Shown: positions 30,442-40,316, counted from the first letter of the stretch. The stretch: DNA of 55,867 bases from an uncultured Actinomycetes bacterium (GCA_903924485.1 CAIYBL010000003.1:1-55867); one strand, 5' to 3'. Notes: a model not told the origin generated them from the sequence alone. Program-made: numbers and translations.

Positions 30442-31299
30442 TCAACCAATCTTTGCGGCTAGATGGATTCGCCAAGCGCTTATCCAGACAAGTGTGACGC
30501 CAAGCAGGTGAATGCCTACAAGGAGTTCAGGGAGACCTTGGTAGTACTGCAGAAAGCCAACGCATCCTTGAGCCAACGAGAACCCCAGGAAAATGATGAT
30601 TCGTTTTCTGAGCAAAACATTGCCAGAGGACTGAGAAAAAAGAAAGAGAGAGAAAAGAATCAAGGAAATCACAAGACCAGCGTGTATCCATGCCACCGTG
30701 TCAATCTTGATATTAAAACGAGGAGCTGAGATATCGCCAGCATTAGGTCCACTTCCTGTCACGACAGTTCCGACCATAATCACTGTCGCGGCAAGAACTG
30801 TGTGAATGCGCGCGAGTACAGATGGTTTGGATGAGACAGGGGTTGTAGAAAAGCTTCTCCGTTCAAAGAGTGATGTTCCTGCCGCGATAAGTGCAATGGA
30901 GAGAAGAAAATGACAAGCAACGGGAATGGGGTTCAGATGAGTGAGAACGGTAACTCCACCCAAAGGTATTTGAGCAAGAATTCCTAGTAGCTGCCAGATC
31001 GCAAGCTTCTTGATGTCGCGCCTTTTGAGTTTAATGACGGCCACTAGTACTGCGATGGAGGCAGCTATCAATAAAAAAGTGAGCAGTCGATTTCCGAATT
31101 CAATCCACGAATGAAAGGCACCTTGTGCTTGGTGGGCGACAGGTGCGATGGATCCATGGGTGCATTCAGGCCAGGTCGGACACCCTAAACCTGAACCTGT
31201 CAGGCGCACGGCGCCCCCTGTGATGACAATTCCTGCCTGTAGAAAGAGGAGTAATCCGAGCAAAGGGCTGAGGGCACGCTCAAGGCGACTTCGGTTCAT
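30442..31299 (-). CDS. ctaA: Heme A synthase (COX15/CtaA)
   Basis: Multi-TM protein with RLTGSGLGCPTWPEC near the N-terminus. ATG 31299 is preferred (TAGGCT -10 lies 7 nt upstream). Confidence 0.8.
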   Translation of the reverse strand: MNRSRLERALSPLLGLLLFLQAGIVITGGAVRLTGSGLGCPTWPECTHGSIAPVAHQAQGAFHSWIEFGNRLLTFLLIAASIAVLVAVIKLKRRDIKKLAIWQLLGILAQIPLGGVTVLTHLNPIPVACHFLLSIALIAAGTSLFERRSFSTTPVSSKPSVLARIHTVLAATVIMVGTVVTGSGPNAGDISAPRFNIKIDTVAWIHAGLVISLILFSLFLFSQSSGNVLLRKRIIIFLGFSLAQGCVGFLQYYQGLPELLVGIHLLGVTLVWISAWRIHLAAKIG

Positions 31300-31306
31300 G
31301 GTGCGT

Positions 31307-31312
31307 AGCCTA
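31307..31312 (-). promoter_or_regulatory. -10 hexamer TAGGCT (minus strand), 7 nt upstream of the ctaA ATG 31299
   Basis: The reverse complement of agccta (31307-31312) is TAGGCT. The spacer is acgcacc and there is no SD. Confidence 0.35.
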
Positions 31313-31405
31313 GGAGGTGGGACAGGGCAAAACACTATGGCGCGAGGAAATCAGAGGTGGCACGAGGCACACTCCCTGGATTGGCGCTTTAGAGGGAATT
31401 ACGAC

Positions 31406-31420
31406 ACACTTCTGTTGTGA
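31406..31420 (+). promoter_or_regulatory. Candidate SufR operator ACACT-N5-TGTGA overlapping the sufR GTG
   Basis: ACACTtctgtTGTGA read directly. Two further ACACT copies are at 31332-31336 and 31369-31373 in the same 117-bp divergent gap. The motif form is recalled from mycobacterial SufR footprinting and needs verification. Confidence 0.35.
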
Positions 31421-32088
31421 AAAAGAGCGAAGATCCTCGTACGCGGGACCTTGTCGCACGCTCAATTCTTGAAAAGGGTCCTAGAACGGCTGTCGATTTA
31501 GCCCTGAGTCTCGGGCTGACGCCGGCGGGAATTAGGCGCCATCTGGACTCTTTGGTCGAAGAAGGGGTCTTAGAAGCTCGAGAGCCCCATTCGGCGATCA
31601 GTCGAGGTCGTGGTCGACCTTCCAAGGTATTTGTCATGACCGATGGAGGACGAGAAAAGTTTGAACACAATTATGACGATTTGGCCGTGGCCGCACTTAA
31701 ATTTCTTTCAGATTCCGTAGGGGCGAGCGCACTCATTGAATTTGCAAACGCTCGTGCAGGGGATATTGAACGAACTCTCGCGCCGGTAATCGCATCTTCC
31801 GATGGCGTCTCACCAGTTGCGGCGCTCGCAGATTTCTTAAGTGACGAGGGTTATGCAGCGACCGTTCTCAATCGCGATATCGGTGATGAGCTATGTCAAC
31901 ATCACTGCCCTATAGCGCACGTGGCAGCGCAATTTCCTCAGTTGTGCGAGGCGGAGACTGAAGCATTTTCTCGACTACTCGGCACTCACGTTCAACGACT
32001 GGCAACTATCGCTCATGGCGATGGTGTGTGCACAACCTTTATACCGAAAATTTCACGATCACCTATGTCATCTACCGGAGGGAAATAA
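31417..32088 (+). CDS. sufR: ArsR-type HTH Fe-S cluster regulator SufR
   Basis: N-terminal wHTH ([24 protein letters not shown]) and C-terminal Cys ligands [10 protein letters not shown]...GDGVCTTF. It lies directly upstream of sufBD. GTG start. Confidence 0.85.
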   Translation: MKKSEDPRTRDLVARSILEKGPRTAVDLALSLGLTPAGIRRHLDSLVEEGVLEAREPHSAISRGRGRPSKVFVMTDGGREKFEHNYDDLAVAALKFLSDSVGASALIEFANARAGDIERTLAPVIASSDGVSPVAALADFLSDEGYAATVLNRDIGDELCQHHCPIAHVAAQFPQLCEAETEAFSRLLGTHVQRLATIAHGDGVCTTFIPKISRSPMSSTGGK

Positions 32089-33497
32089 TGACAACCGCGC
32101 ATCCAGAACTTGAGGGCTTGGGAAATTACGAATACGGCTGGTCAGATACCGACACGGCTGGTGCAAATTCTCGACGTGGACTTAATGAGGATGTCGTTCG
32201 CGATATCTCCGCTAAGAAATCCGAGCCACAGTGGATGCTGGATCTGCGCCTTAAGGGACTTGCTCTCTTTGATAAGAAGCCAATGCCAACGTGGGGATCA
32301 GACCTTTCTGGCATCTTCTTTGACACCATTAAGTACTTTGTGAGGTCAACGGAAAAACAAGCTACGACATGGGAAGAATTGCCCGAAGAAATTAAGAATA
32401 CATACGATCGTCTTGGAATTCCTGAAGCAGAGAAGCAGCGTCTTGTCTCAGGCGTAGCGGCGCAATATGAATCTGAAGTTGTTTACCACTCAATTCGCGA
32501 AGATTTAGCAAAACAGGGCGTCATCTTTCTTGATACTGACTCTGGGCTAAAGCAACACCCAGAGTTGTTTAAGGAATATTTCGGCTCCGTAATTCCCGTT
32601 GGCGATAATAAATTCGCCGCACTAAATACTTCAGTATGGTCTGGTGGTTCATTTATTTATGTGCCTAAAGGCGTACATGTTGAGATTCCGCTGCAAGCTT
32701 ATTTCCGCATTAATACCGAAAACATGGGTCAATTTGAGCGCACGCTCATTATTGCTGATGAGGATTCCTACATTCACTATGTAGAAGGATGCACAGCGCC
32801 AATCTACAAGTCTGACTCCTTACACTCGGCAGTTGTAGAGATCATCGTTAAAAAGGGCGCCCGCGTTCGTTATACAACGATTCAAAACTGGTCTAACAAC
32901 GTTTACAACTTAGTTACCAAACGCGCCACTTGTGCCGAGGGTGCGACGATGGAATGGATCGATGGAAACATCGGCTCGAAGGTCACCATGAAGTACCCAG
33001 CAGTTTTCTTGATGGGTCCACATGCAAAGGGCGAAACCCTCTCGATCGCATTTGCCGGAGAAGGCCAACATCAAGATGCTGGCGCAAAGATGGTTCATGC
33101 TGCGCCGTACACATCCTCGACGATTATTTCCAAGTCAGTGGCTCGAGGTGGTGGTCGCACTTCATATCGCGGATTGGTTCAAATTCAAGAAGGTGCGCAT
33201 CATTCCAAGAGCACGGTGAAATGTGACGCGTTACTTGTGGATACGATTTCGCGTTCTGACACATATCCCTATGTGGATATCAGAGAAGACGATGTATCGA
33301 TGGGTCATGAAGCGACAGTCTCCAAGATTAGCGATGATCAACTCTTCTATCTCATGTCTCGTGGTCTCAAGGAAGATGAAGCAATGGCAATGATTGTTCG
33401 TGGATTCATCGAACCACTTGCACGCGAACTTCCAATGGAATATGCGCTAGAGCTTAATCGACTTATCGAACTTCAAATGGAAGGCGCGGTTGGTTAA
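32088..33497 (+). CDS. sufB: Fe-S cluster assembly protein SufB (no intein)
   Basis: [21 protein letters not shown]-terminus, 469 aa. TAATG overlap with sufR. The ORF-track 32028 extension is unlikely. Confidence 0.95.
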   Translation: MTTAHPELEGLGNYEYGWSDTDTAGANSRRGLNEDVVRDISAKKSEPQWMLDLRLKGLALFDKKPMPTWGSDLSGIFFDTIKYFVRSTEKQATTWEELPEEIKNTYDRLGIPEAEKQRLVSGVAAQYESEVVYHSIREDLAKQGVIFLDTDSGLKQHPELFKEYFGSVIPVGDNKFAALNTSVWSGGSFIYVPKGVHVEIPLQAYFRINTENMGQFERTLIIADEDSYIHYVEGCTAPIYKSDSLHSAVVEIIVKKGARVRYTTIQNWSNNVYNLVTKRATCAEGATMEWIDGNIGSKVTMKYPAVFLMGPHAKGETLSIAFAGEGQHQDAGAKMVHAAPYTSSTIISKSVARGGGRTSYRGLVQIQEGAHHSKSTVKCDALLVDTISRSDTYPYVDIREDDVSMGHEATVSKISDDQLFYLMSRGLKEDEAMAMIVRGFIEPLARELPMEYALELNRLIELQMEGAVG

Positions 33498-34588
33498 TGT
33501 CTGTACTCGCAACAAATTACCTCACCCCTACTGGTCGAGAAGAGGCATGGAGATTTACGCCTCTGAATCGATTGGGGGGATTGCATGATGGATCTACGCC
33601 TCTCACGGGAATTGATTCACTGATCGGACCATCTCTTGTGCAACCTGGAGTGCGCGTTTCACGAATCTCTCGCGAATTACTTACCCCAGAGTCCCACTCA
33701 GATGATGTGGTCGTTCAGCGAGTTCATTCCGAGTGCGCGTCGGTGTTGCACGTAGAAATCTCGGCGGGCATGGAGATTGCAGAGCCAATTCATCTTTCTC
33801 GTGCTATTTCAGGTGTTGGGCAGACGGAGTTATCCCGAGTTCGCATCACTGTGGCAGAAAACGCTAGGGCGGTCGTCATCCTCGAGAACAGCGGAAATAT
33901 CGTTCTCGGTGAGGATATTGAGATCGTTCTAGCTCCCAATTCCTTCCTCAAATTTGTAACGTTACAAGAGTGGGATGCTGCTTCTATCTACGCTGCAAGG
34001 CATCACGCGATCATTGATCGTGATGCAACATTCGAATCTGTGACGGTTACAGTCGGAGGATCTCTAGTTCGTATTTCGCCGACTGTTGAATTCATCGCCC
34101 CAGGTTCGTCAGCCGAACTTCTCGGTGTGTATTTCGCAACAGAAGGCCAGCATTTTGAGCACCGCATCCATGTCGACCATGCTGTCCCCAAAGCCAAGTC
34201 GCGAGTGAACTTTAAGGGTGCCCTATCGGGCGATAAGGCGCATACCGTTTGGATCGGCGATGTTCTTATTCGCGCAGCAGCTGAAGGCACAGATACCTAC
34301 GAACTCAACCGTAACTTGCTCCTGAGTGATGGTGCGCGTGCAGATTCGGTCCCGAATCTAGAAATTGAAACAGGCGAGATCGTAGGAGCCGGTCATGCGA
34401 GTACAACGGGCCGATTTGATGACGAGCAACTTTTCTACTTAATGTCTCGCGGCGTTCCGATGGATGAAGCCAGACGACTAGTTGTACGCGGCTTCTTCGC
34501 TGAGATCATTTCTCATATTGGGAATGAAATCATTCAAGAGCGATTAATGACCGGCATAGATGGCGAACTTGCAAAGGCGGGCCAATAG
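33497..34588 (+). CDS. sufD: Fe-S cluster assembly protein SufD
   Basis: SufB/D-fold C-terminus ([14 protein letters not shown]). TAATG overlap with sufB. Confidence 0.9.
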   Translation: MSVLATNYLTPTGREEAWRFTPLNRLGGLHDGSTPLTGIDSLIGPSLVQPGVRVSRISRELLTPESHSDDVVVQRVHSECASVLHVEISAGMEIAEPIHLSRAISGVGQTELSRVRITVAENARAVVILENSGNIVLGEDIEIVLAPNSFLKFVTLQEWDAASIYAARHHAIIDRDATFESVTVTVGGSLVRISPTVEFIAPGSSAELLGVYFATEGQHFEHRIHVDHAVPKAKSRVNFKGALSGDKAHTVWIGDVLIRAAAEGTDTYELNRNLLLSDGARADSVPNLEIETGEIVGAGHASTTGRFDDEQLFYLMSRGVPMDEARRLVVRGFFAEIISHIGNEIIQERLMTGIDGELAKAGQ

Positions 34589-34591
34589 GCC

Positions 34592-34888
34592 ATGTCCGAC
34601 ATCACTTTATCTCAGCTAGCAGAAAGCAAGCCTTTCCGATTGGAGAAATCAGGGAAGTCCATATGCGTCGTAAAGGTAGGTCAAGAGGTTTTTGCCATTG
34701 ATGACACCTGTTCGCATTCGGATGCATCCTTATCTGAAGGCGATGTCCAAAAATTCGAAATTGAATGTTGGCTACATGGTGCTGCTTTTGATGTTCGTAC
34801 TGGTGAAGCTGTTTCGATGCCTGCTACTCAAAGCGTTAAGACTTATGCAGTTCGCGTTGACGGAGACTCCGTCACGATTGACATTTAG
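34592..34888 (+). CDS. Rieske-type [2Fe-2S] ferredoxin embedded in the suf operon
   Basis: CSH...CWLHG Rieske ligand pattern, 98 aa. Confidence 0.85.
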   Translation: MSDITLSQLAESKPFRLEKSGKSICVVKVGQEVFAIDDTCSHSDASLSEGDVQKFEIECWLHGAAFDVRTGEAVSMPATQSVKTYAVRVDGDSVTIDI

Positions 34889-34913
34889 TTCATAGACAGC
34901 GAAAGAGGAGAAA

Positions 34914-35666
34914 ATGAGCACACTTGATATCCGAGGACTAGAAGTTTCTGTAATTACAGAGAAAGGCCCCATCGAGATTTTGCGCGGTGTGGATCTGACC
35001 ATTTCCTCAGGCGAGACACACGCGATCATGGGTCCAAACGGATCCGGTAAGTCGACTCTCGCCTACTCAATCGCTGGACACCCTAAGTACACCATCACAG
35101 GTGGAAGTGTGACGTTAGATGGTGCAAATGTTCTGGATATGACCGTCGATGAACGTGCTCGCGCGGGATTATTCCTAGCCATGCAATATCCCGTTGAGGT
35201 GCCTGGTGTCTCTGTATCGAATTTTCTCCGTACAGCGGCAACGGCAATTCGAGGAGAAGCTCCTAAATTGCGTACGTGGGTAGGCGAAGTTAAAGAGGCA
35301 ATGAGTGCGTTGAACATGGATCCTGCATTCTCAGAGCGAAATGTAAACGAGGGTTTTTCTGGTGGAGAGAAGAAGCGACATGAAATCATGCAGCTTGAAC
35401 TTCTTAAGCCAAAGATTGCCATCCTTGACGAAACAGATTCGGGACTGGACGTCGATGCGCTTCGCATTGTTTCTGAAGGGGTCGTACGTGCCAAAGAAGC
35501 AAATAATCTTGGAGTTCTCTTGATTACGCACTACACCAGAATATTGCGCTACATCAAGCCAGATTTCGTTCATGTATTTGCTAATGGCCGCATTGTCGAA
35601 GAAGGCGGTCCGGAGTTGGCTGACAAACTAGAAGCCAATGGTTACGCAGAGTACGTCGGCTCTTAG
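34914..35666 (+). CDS. sufC: Fe-S cluster assembly ATPase SufC
   Basis: GPNGSGKST, FSGGEKKRHEI, ILDETDSGLD. Confidence 0.95.
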   Translation: MSTLDIRGLEVSVITEKGPIEILRGVDLTISSGETHAIMGPNGSGKSTLAYSIAGHPKYTITGGSVTLDGANVLDMTVDERARAGLFLAMQYPVEVPGVSVSNFLRTAATAIRGEAPKLRTWVGEVKEAMSALNMDPAFSERNVNEGFSGGEKKRHEIMQLELLKPKIAILDETDSGLDVDALRIVSEGVVRAKEANNLGVLLITHYTRILRYIKPDFVHVFANGRIVEEGGPELADKLEANGYAEYVGS

Positions 35667-35685
35667 CCGATTACCTTCCATCTTT

Positions 35686-36939
35686 ATGACACTCGATACC
35701 GTTCGCATACGCAAAGATTTCCCCATCTTTGAGCGCACGGTTCGTGATGGAAAGAAACTCATCTATTTAGATAGTGGAGCCACAAGCCAAAAGCCACATG
35801 CAGTTATCGATGCCGAGATGGATTTTTATAGGCTACACAATGCTGCTGTTCATCGTGGCGCTCATCAATTAGCTGAAGAGGCTACTGATGCATACGAAGG
35901 TGCGCGCGAGAAAGTTGCCACGTTTATCGGCGCACACTTCAACGAAATAGTCTTCACAAAAAGTGCAACGGAGAGTCTAAATCTCTTGGCATACTCGATA
36001 GGTAGCGCTGAATTTGGCTCGCGATTCGCCCTCAAGTCTGGAGACGAGATCGTTGTAACGGAGATGGAACACCACGCAAATTTGATTCCATGGCAACAGC
36101 TGTGCAAGAGGACAGGCGCAGTGTTGAAATGGTTCTCAGTTGATGCTGAAGGGCGTCTCGATCTTTCCGAAATCGAGTCTGTTATTTCTGCGAAGACCAG
36201 AATTGTGGCTCTGACGCATCAGTCGAATGTTCTTGGAACAATTAATCCTTTGGTTGAAATAGTTGAACGCGCGCATGCTGTGGGTGCCTTCGTAGTTCTA
36301 GATGCCTGTCAATCCATTCCTCATATGGCAATAGACGTTGCTGACCTGGGCGTAGATTTTCTTGCATTCTCCGCGCATAAAGCAGTTGGTCCAACGGGTG
36401 TAGGAGTGTTGTGGGGTCGGGCAGAGTTGCTCAATGATTTGCCACCCTTTCTTTACGGTGGCTCAATGATCGAAAGTGTGACGATGACTGATGCAACATG
36501 GGCTCCCGCGCCGCGAAAATTCGAAGCAGGTGTCCCGAATATGGCCCAGGCAGTAGGGCTGGGTGCTGCTGTCACCTACCTCAATTCTGTTGGTTTAGAT
36601 CTCATCCACGAGCATGAGTTGATTCTCACCGGTTATCTCATCAACGGACTCAAGCAAATTCCAGATATTAAAATATTTGGACCCATGACAAACATTATGC
36701 GCGGAGGCACTGTCTCCTTTGCGTGCGAAGGAATCCATCCTCATGATTTGGGCCAGTACCTAGATTCTCAAGGAATCGCGGTTCGAACGGGTCATCACTG
36801 TGCATGGCCACTGAATCGTAAATTGGGCGTCGCCGCTACTACTCGTGCTTCGGTCTACCTGTATAACGACCTATCTGATCTCGATGCACTGCTCGAGGGC
36901 GTACTCGGAGCTCAAAAGTATTTTGCGAGGTTTTCATGA
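35686..36939 (+). CDS. sufS: Cysteine desulfurase SufS (class II)
   Basis: PLP-lysine context FSAHKAVGPTGVG and RTGHHCA active-site loop. ATG 35686 (MTLDTVRIRKDFPIF) is preferred over 35638. Confidence 0.93.
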   Translation: MTLDTVRIRKDFPIFERTVRDGKKLIYLDSGATSQKPHAVIDAEMDFYRLHNAAVHRGAHQLAEEATDAYEGAREKVATFIGAHFNEIVFTKSATESLNLLAYSIGSAEFGSRFALKSGDEIVVTEMEHHANLIPWQQLCKRTGAVLKWFSVDAEGRLDLSEIESVISAKTRIVALTHQSNVLGTINPLVEIVERAHAVGAFVVLDACQSIPHMAIDVADLGVDFLAFSAHKAVGPTGVGVLWGRAELLNDLPPFLYGGSMIESVTMTDATWAPAPRKFEAGVPNMAQAVGLGAAVTYLNSVGLDLIHEHELILTGYLINGLKQIPDIKIFGPMTNIMRGGTVSFACEGIHPHDLGQYLDSQGIAVRTGHHCAWPLNRKLGVAATTRASVYLYNDLSDLDALLEGVLGAQKYFARFS

Positions 36940-37373
36940 ATCTTGACCACATGTACCAAGAAGTGATTCTGGATCACTACAAACATCCCGAACACAAAGG
37001 TTTGTCGGAGGAGAAAGACATTCAGGTGCATCACATCAATCCCAGTTGTGGCGATGAAATTACATTGAATCTTTCTGTTGCAGACGGACGCGTTAGTGAA
37101 GTCTCCTGGGATGGTATTGGATGCTCAATTTCGATGGCCAGCGCCTCAATGATGTCTGGACTTCTCACGGGCAAAAGTGTCGCGGATGCGAATGAAGTTG
37201 TTGGGGCGTTCTTAGCGCTTATGCAAAGTAAAGGGACCATGACAGGGGATGAGAATCTCCTGGAAGATGCGGTCGCTTTCGCTGGAGTGTCAAAGTTTCC
37301 AGCACGGGTAAAGTGCGCGTTACTCGGATGGATGGCATTTAAAGATGCTGAATTTCAGATAGTTGGGAAGTAA
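36936..37373 (+). CDS. sufU: Sulfur-transfer / scaffold protein SufU (IscU-like)
   Basis: NPSCGDE, GIGCSIS and KCALL cysteine motifs. ATGA overlap with sufS. Confidence 0.9.
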   Translation: MNLDHMYQEVILDHYKHPEHKGLSEEKDIQVHHINPSCGDEITLNLSVADGRVSEVSWDGIGCSISMASASMMSGLLTGKSVADANEVVGAFLALMQSKGTMTGDENLLEDAVAFAGVSKFPARVKCALLGWMAFKDAEFQIVGK

Positions 37374-37416
37374 TAAGTAGGGTTGGTCCGGTTCACACTT
37401 AACAAGGAGAGAACAG

Positions 37417-37728
37417 ATGGTTGCTCAGGTAGATGATGTAACAGAGGCGATGAAAGATGTCGTCGACCCCGAACTCGGAATCAACGTTGTTGATCTGGGA
37501 CTCATCTACGACATTATGGTCGATGAGAGCAATATCGCTGTTTTGAATATGACACTGACCTCGGCGGCGTGCCCTTTGCAAGATGTGATTGAAGATCAAA
37601 CACGCCAAGCGCTAGCTCACTTAACAAGTGACGTGAGAATTAACTGGGTATGGATGCCACCTTGGGGACCGGACAAGATTTCCGATGATGGAAGGGATCA
37701 ACTTCGCGCGCTCGGCTTTACGGTTTAA
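37417..37728 (+). CDS. sufT: DUF59 Fe-S assembly protein (SufT-like)
   Basis: DVVDPELGINVVDLGLIY...TLTSAACP is a typical DUF59 pattern. SD AAGGAGAG upstream. Confidence 0.85.
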   Translation: MVAQVDDVTEAMKDVVDPELGINVVDLGLIYDIMVDESNIAVLNMTLTSAACPLQDVIEDQTRQALAHLTSDVRINWVWMPPWGPDKISDDGRDQLRALGFTV

Positions 37729-37730
37729 CG

Positions 37731-39602
37731 ATGTCTTCTCATAATGGTTGGATGATGATGCGTTCGATGACGGCCGACCCTTCAGTAAAGCACCAGAAGC
37801 TGAAACCAGGAACCATCGCTCGAATCTTTACCTTTGCAAAACCGTATAAGTCTCAGATTGTCTTTTTCCTAATCACAGTCGTGATCGACGCAGTTCTTGT
37901 AATTGCTACGCCATTGATCTTGCGCAAGCTCATTGACCAAGGCGTGATCCCGCACAATGGGGGACTAGTCACCAAACTCGCGCTGGTCGTAGGACTTCTC
38001 GCAATTGCTGATTCTGTAATGAGTGTTATCGGTCGTTGGTTCTCTTCGCGAATCGGTGAAGGCTTAATTTACGATCTACGCTCGGTTGTTTATGGACATG
38101 TGCAGCGGCAGTCCATTGCTTTCTTTACGCGTACTCAAACAGGCGCTCTAATTTCACGAATTAATTCTGATGTGATTGGTGCCCAACAAGCGTTCACGGC
38201 CACTCTCTCTGGCGTTGTAAGTAATGTGGTAAGTCTCGTCTTGGTTGTTGTTACGATGCTTATTCTTTCATGGCAAATTACTGCGGTTTCTCTTGTGCTT
38301 CTCCCTCTTTTCCTCCTTCCCACGAAATGGGTTGGTCGCAGACTTCAGGGACTCACTCGACTGTCCTTTCAAACAAATGCTGAAATGTCTAGCACGATGA
38401 CGGAACGCTTTAACGTCTCTGGTGCAATGCTCGTAGCACTTTACGGCGAGCCTAAACGCGAATTGGAATATTTTTCCTCGCGAGCCCGACGTGTTGCCGA
38501 CATCGGAATTTCTATCGCTCTGCTCAATCGACTCTTCTTCGTGGCGCTGACCAGTGTCGCAGCCGTTGCAACAGCTTTCGCTTATGGCATTGGTGGGCAC
38601 TTAGCCATTTCAGGAAAAGTAACTGTCGGAACCTTGCTTGCGATCACCGCACTTCTTTCCAGGCTTTATGGTCCGTTGACTGCTTTATCAAATGTGCGTA
38701 TTGACGTGATGACGGCCCTGGTCTCCTTCGAGAGAGTCTTTGAAGTTCTCGATCTAGAACCAATGGTTCAAGATCGCGCCGATGCAAAGATTGTGACTTC
38801 GTCCAAGATTAGCGTTGAGTTTAAAAACGTTGATTTCTCTTACCCTCGGGCGAGTGATATTTCTTTGGCTTCACTTGAATCGGCGGCAAAACCAGAGACG
38901 GTTGATAGCGGTCAAGTACTTAAAGCTGTCTCATTCGTAGCCGCCCCAGGAACGATGACGGCGATTGTGGGCTCCTCGGGTGCTGGCAAGACAACGATTA
39001 GCGCTCTCATTCCTCGCCTATATGACGTCACCGGTGGTGCGATTTTGGTTGATGGGATTGATGTGAGAGATCTTTCACTACACAGTTTGCGAGGTTGCAT
39101 AGGTGTTGTCATGCAGGATGCGCACCTCTTTCACGACACCATTGCTGAAAATCTACGCTACGCAAAACCTGACGCCACTTTTGAACAGATGCAAGAAGCA
39201 TGTGAGTCTGCTCGGATATGGACGCTGATCTCATCGCTACCTAATGGTTTGGAAACCATGGTGGGAGAGAGAGGACATCGGTTATCGGGCGGTGAAAAGC
39301 AGCGACTTGCTATAGCTCGTTTGCTTTTAAAGTCGCCTTCGGTCGTCATTCTTGATGAGGCTACGGCACATCTCGATTCTGAAAATGAAGCGCTTGTGCA
39401 CGAAGCGCTAAGAGTCGCACTGCAGGGCCGAACCAGTATCGTGATTGCTCATCGACTCAGCACCATTATGGAAGCAGATCAGATTTTGGTCATGGATAAC
39501 GGAACTATTGCCGAACGTGGGACACACGAAGACCTAGTACGGGCCAATGGCTTGTATGCAGAGCTATATGCGCGTCAAGATTTATCTACTCCGACGCAGT
39601 AA
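37731..39602 (+). CDS. Fused permease/ATPase ABC exporter (MsbA/type I exporter fold), substrate unknown
   Basis: Six N-terminal TM segments, then GSSGAGKTT, LSGGEKQRLAIAR, ILDEATAHLD. Confidence 0.85.
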   Translation: MSSHNGWMMMRSMTADPSVKHQKLKPGTIARIFTFAKPYKSQIVFFLITVVIDAVLVIATPLILRKLIDQGVIPHNGGLVTKLALVVGLLAIADSVMSVIGRWFSSRIGEGLIYDLRSVVYGHVQRQSIAFFTRTQTGALISRINSDVIGAQQAFTATLSGVVSNVVSLVLVVVTMLILSWQITAVSLVLLPLFLLPTKWVGRRLQGLTRLSFQTNAEMSSTMTERFNVSGAMLVALYGEPKRELEYFSSRARRVADIGISIALLNRLFFVALTSVAAVATAFAYGIGGHLAISGKVTVGTLLAITALLSRLYGPLTALSNVRIDVMTALVSFERVFEVLDLEPMVQDRADAKIVTSSKISVEFKNVDFSYPRASDISLASLESAAKPETVDSGQVLKAVSFVAAPGTMTAIVGSSGAGKTTISALIPRLYDVTGGAILVDGIDVRDLSLHSLRGCIGVVMQDAHLFHDTIAENLRYAKPDATFEQMQEACESARIWTLISSLPNGLETMVGERGHRLSGGEKQRLAIARLLLKSPSVVILDEATAHLDSENEALVHEALRVALQGRTSIVIAHRLSTIMEADQILVMDNGTIAERGTHEDLVRANGLYAELYARQDLSTPTQ

Positions 39603-40316
39603 GAATCGTCCGTAGATAACTAGACCAGCAAAGAAGAGCCACTGCAATGCATAAGCCATGTGAGGCCCGTCAGTGAGTTCTGGAAGAACTACGGGAACTA
39701 TGGGATTCATAGGTGCTTCAGAAGTGCTCAAAAGATCAAGGTAGAAGATCTCAGTTTTTACTTGAGTATTACTTTGCGCATTCCATTTAGATATGAGATC
39801 CCCGTTGCCAGTTGTCGAAACGGCAAAGAATGAACCCTGGGGTAACGATTGTTGGAGTCGAAGTCTTGCCGTGATTTGCATCGTGGAAGTTGAGGTCGTA
39901 GGCAGTTTCGGTTTGTCGAGTGCGGTGGCCCCAGGTGGTATCCAACCCCTGTCGATCCAATAAGTAATTCCCTGGTCATCATGGAAAAGAGTAAGCAGGT
40001 CATAGCCGTATTTGCCCTCGTTGTAGCGATTGCGTAAAAGTATTTGATGGCGGGAATCAAAAATACCTGTCGTTGAAACTGTTCGCCACTCTGCATCGCT
40101 GATGTTGTCGATCGCCGAAGCAAGGGGCACTGTTGGTAGGGCTACATGAGTAGAGATGAGGAAATTTCGATGGTGTCGATCTATTCCACGGTGGTACTGC
40201 CATTGGCTAGCCCACAGACAAAGAAGAACCAGAGCCCCCGCAATTACAGTCGCTGTCATTGAGACAAGCAAACTCTCCTTGTTTTTATTGTTAGGAGATG
40301 GATTTGCGATTGTCAC
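39582..40316 (-). CDS. SURF1-like cytochrome oxidase assembly protein
   Basis: An N-terminal TM followed by WQYHRG (the SURF1 WQxxR motif) and a C-terminal TM AYALQWLFFAGLVIYG. The start is uncertain: GTG 40316 is chosen, ATG 40259 and ATG 40358 are possible. Confidence 0.7.
   Translation of the reverse strand: MTIANPSPNNKNKESLLVSMTATVIAGALVLLCLWASQWQYHRGIDRHHRNFLISTHVALPTVPLASAIDNISDAEWRTVSTTGIFDSRHQILLRNRYNEGKYGYDLLTLFHDDQGITYWIDRGWIPPGATALDKPKLPTTSTSTMQITARLRLQQSLPQGSFFAVSTTGNGDLISKWNAQSNTQVKTEIFYLDLLSTSEAPMNPIVPVVLPELTDGPHMAYALQWLFFAGLVIYGRFLLRRSR

Noticed and set aside
35672-35688. TACCTT 8 nt before the sufS ATG as another leaderless promoter
   Set aside because: sufS is internal to the suf operon, 19 nt after sufC. 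A single low-information hexamer here is within chance expectation.
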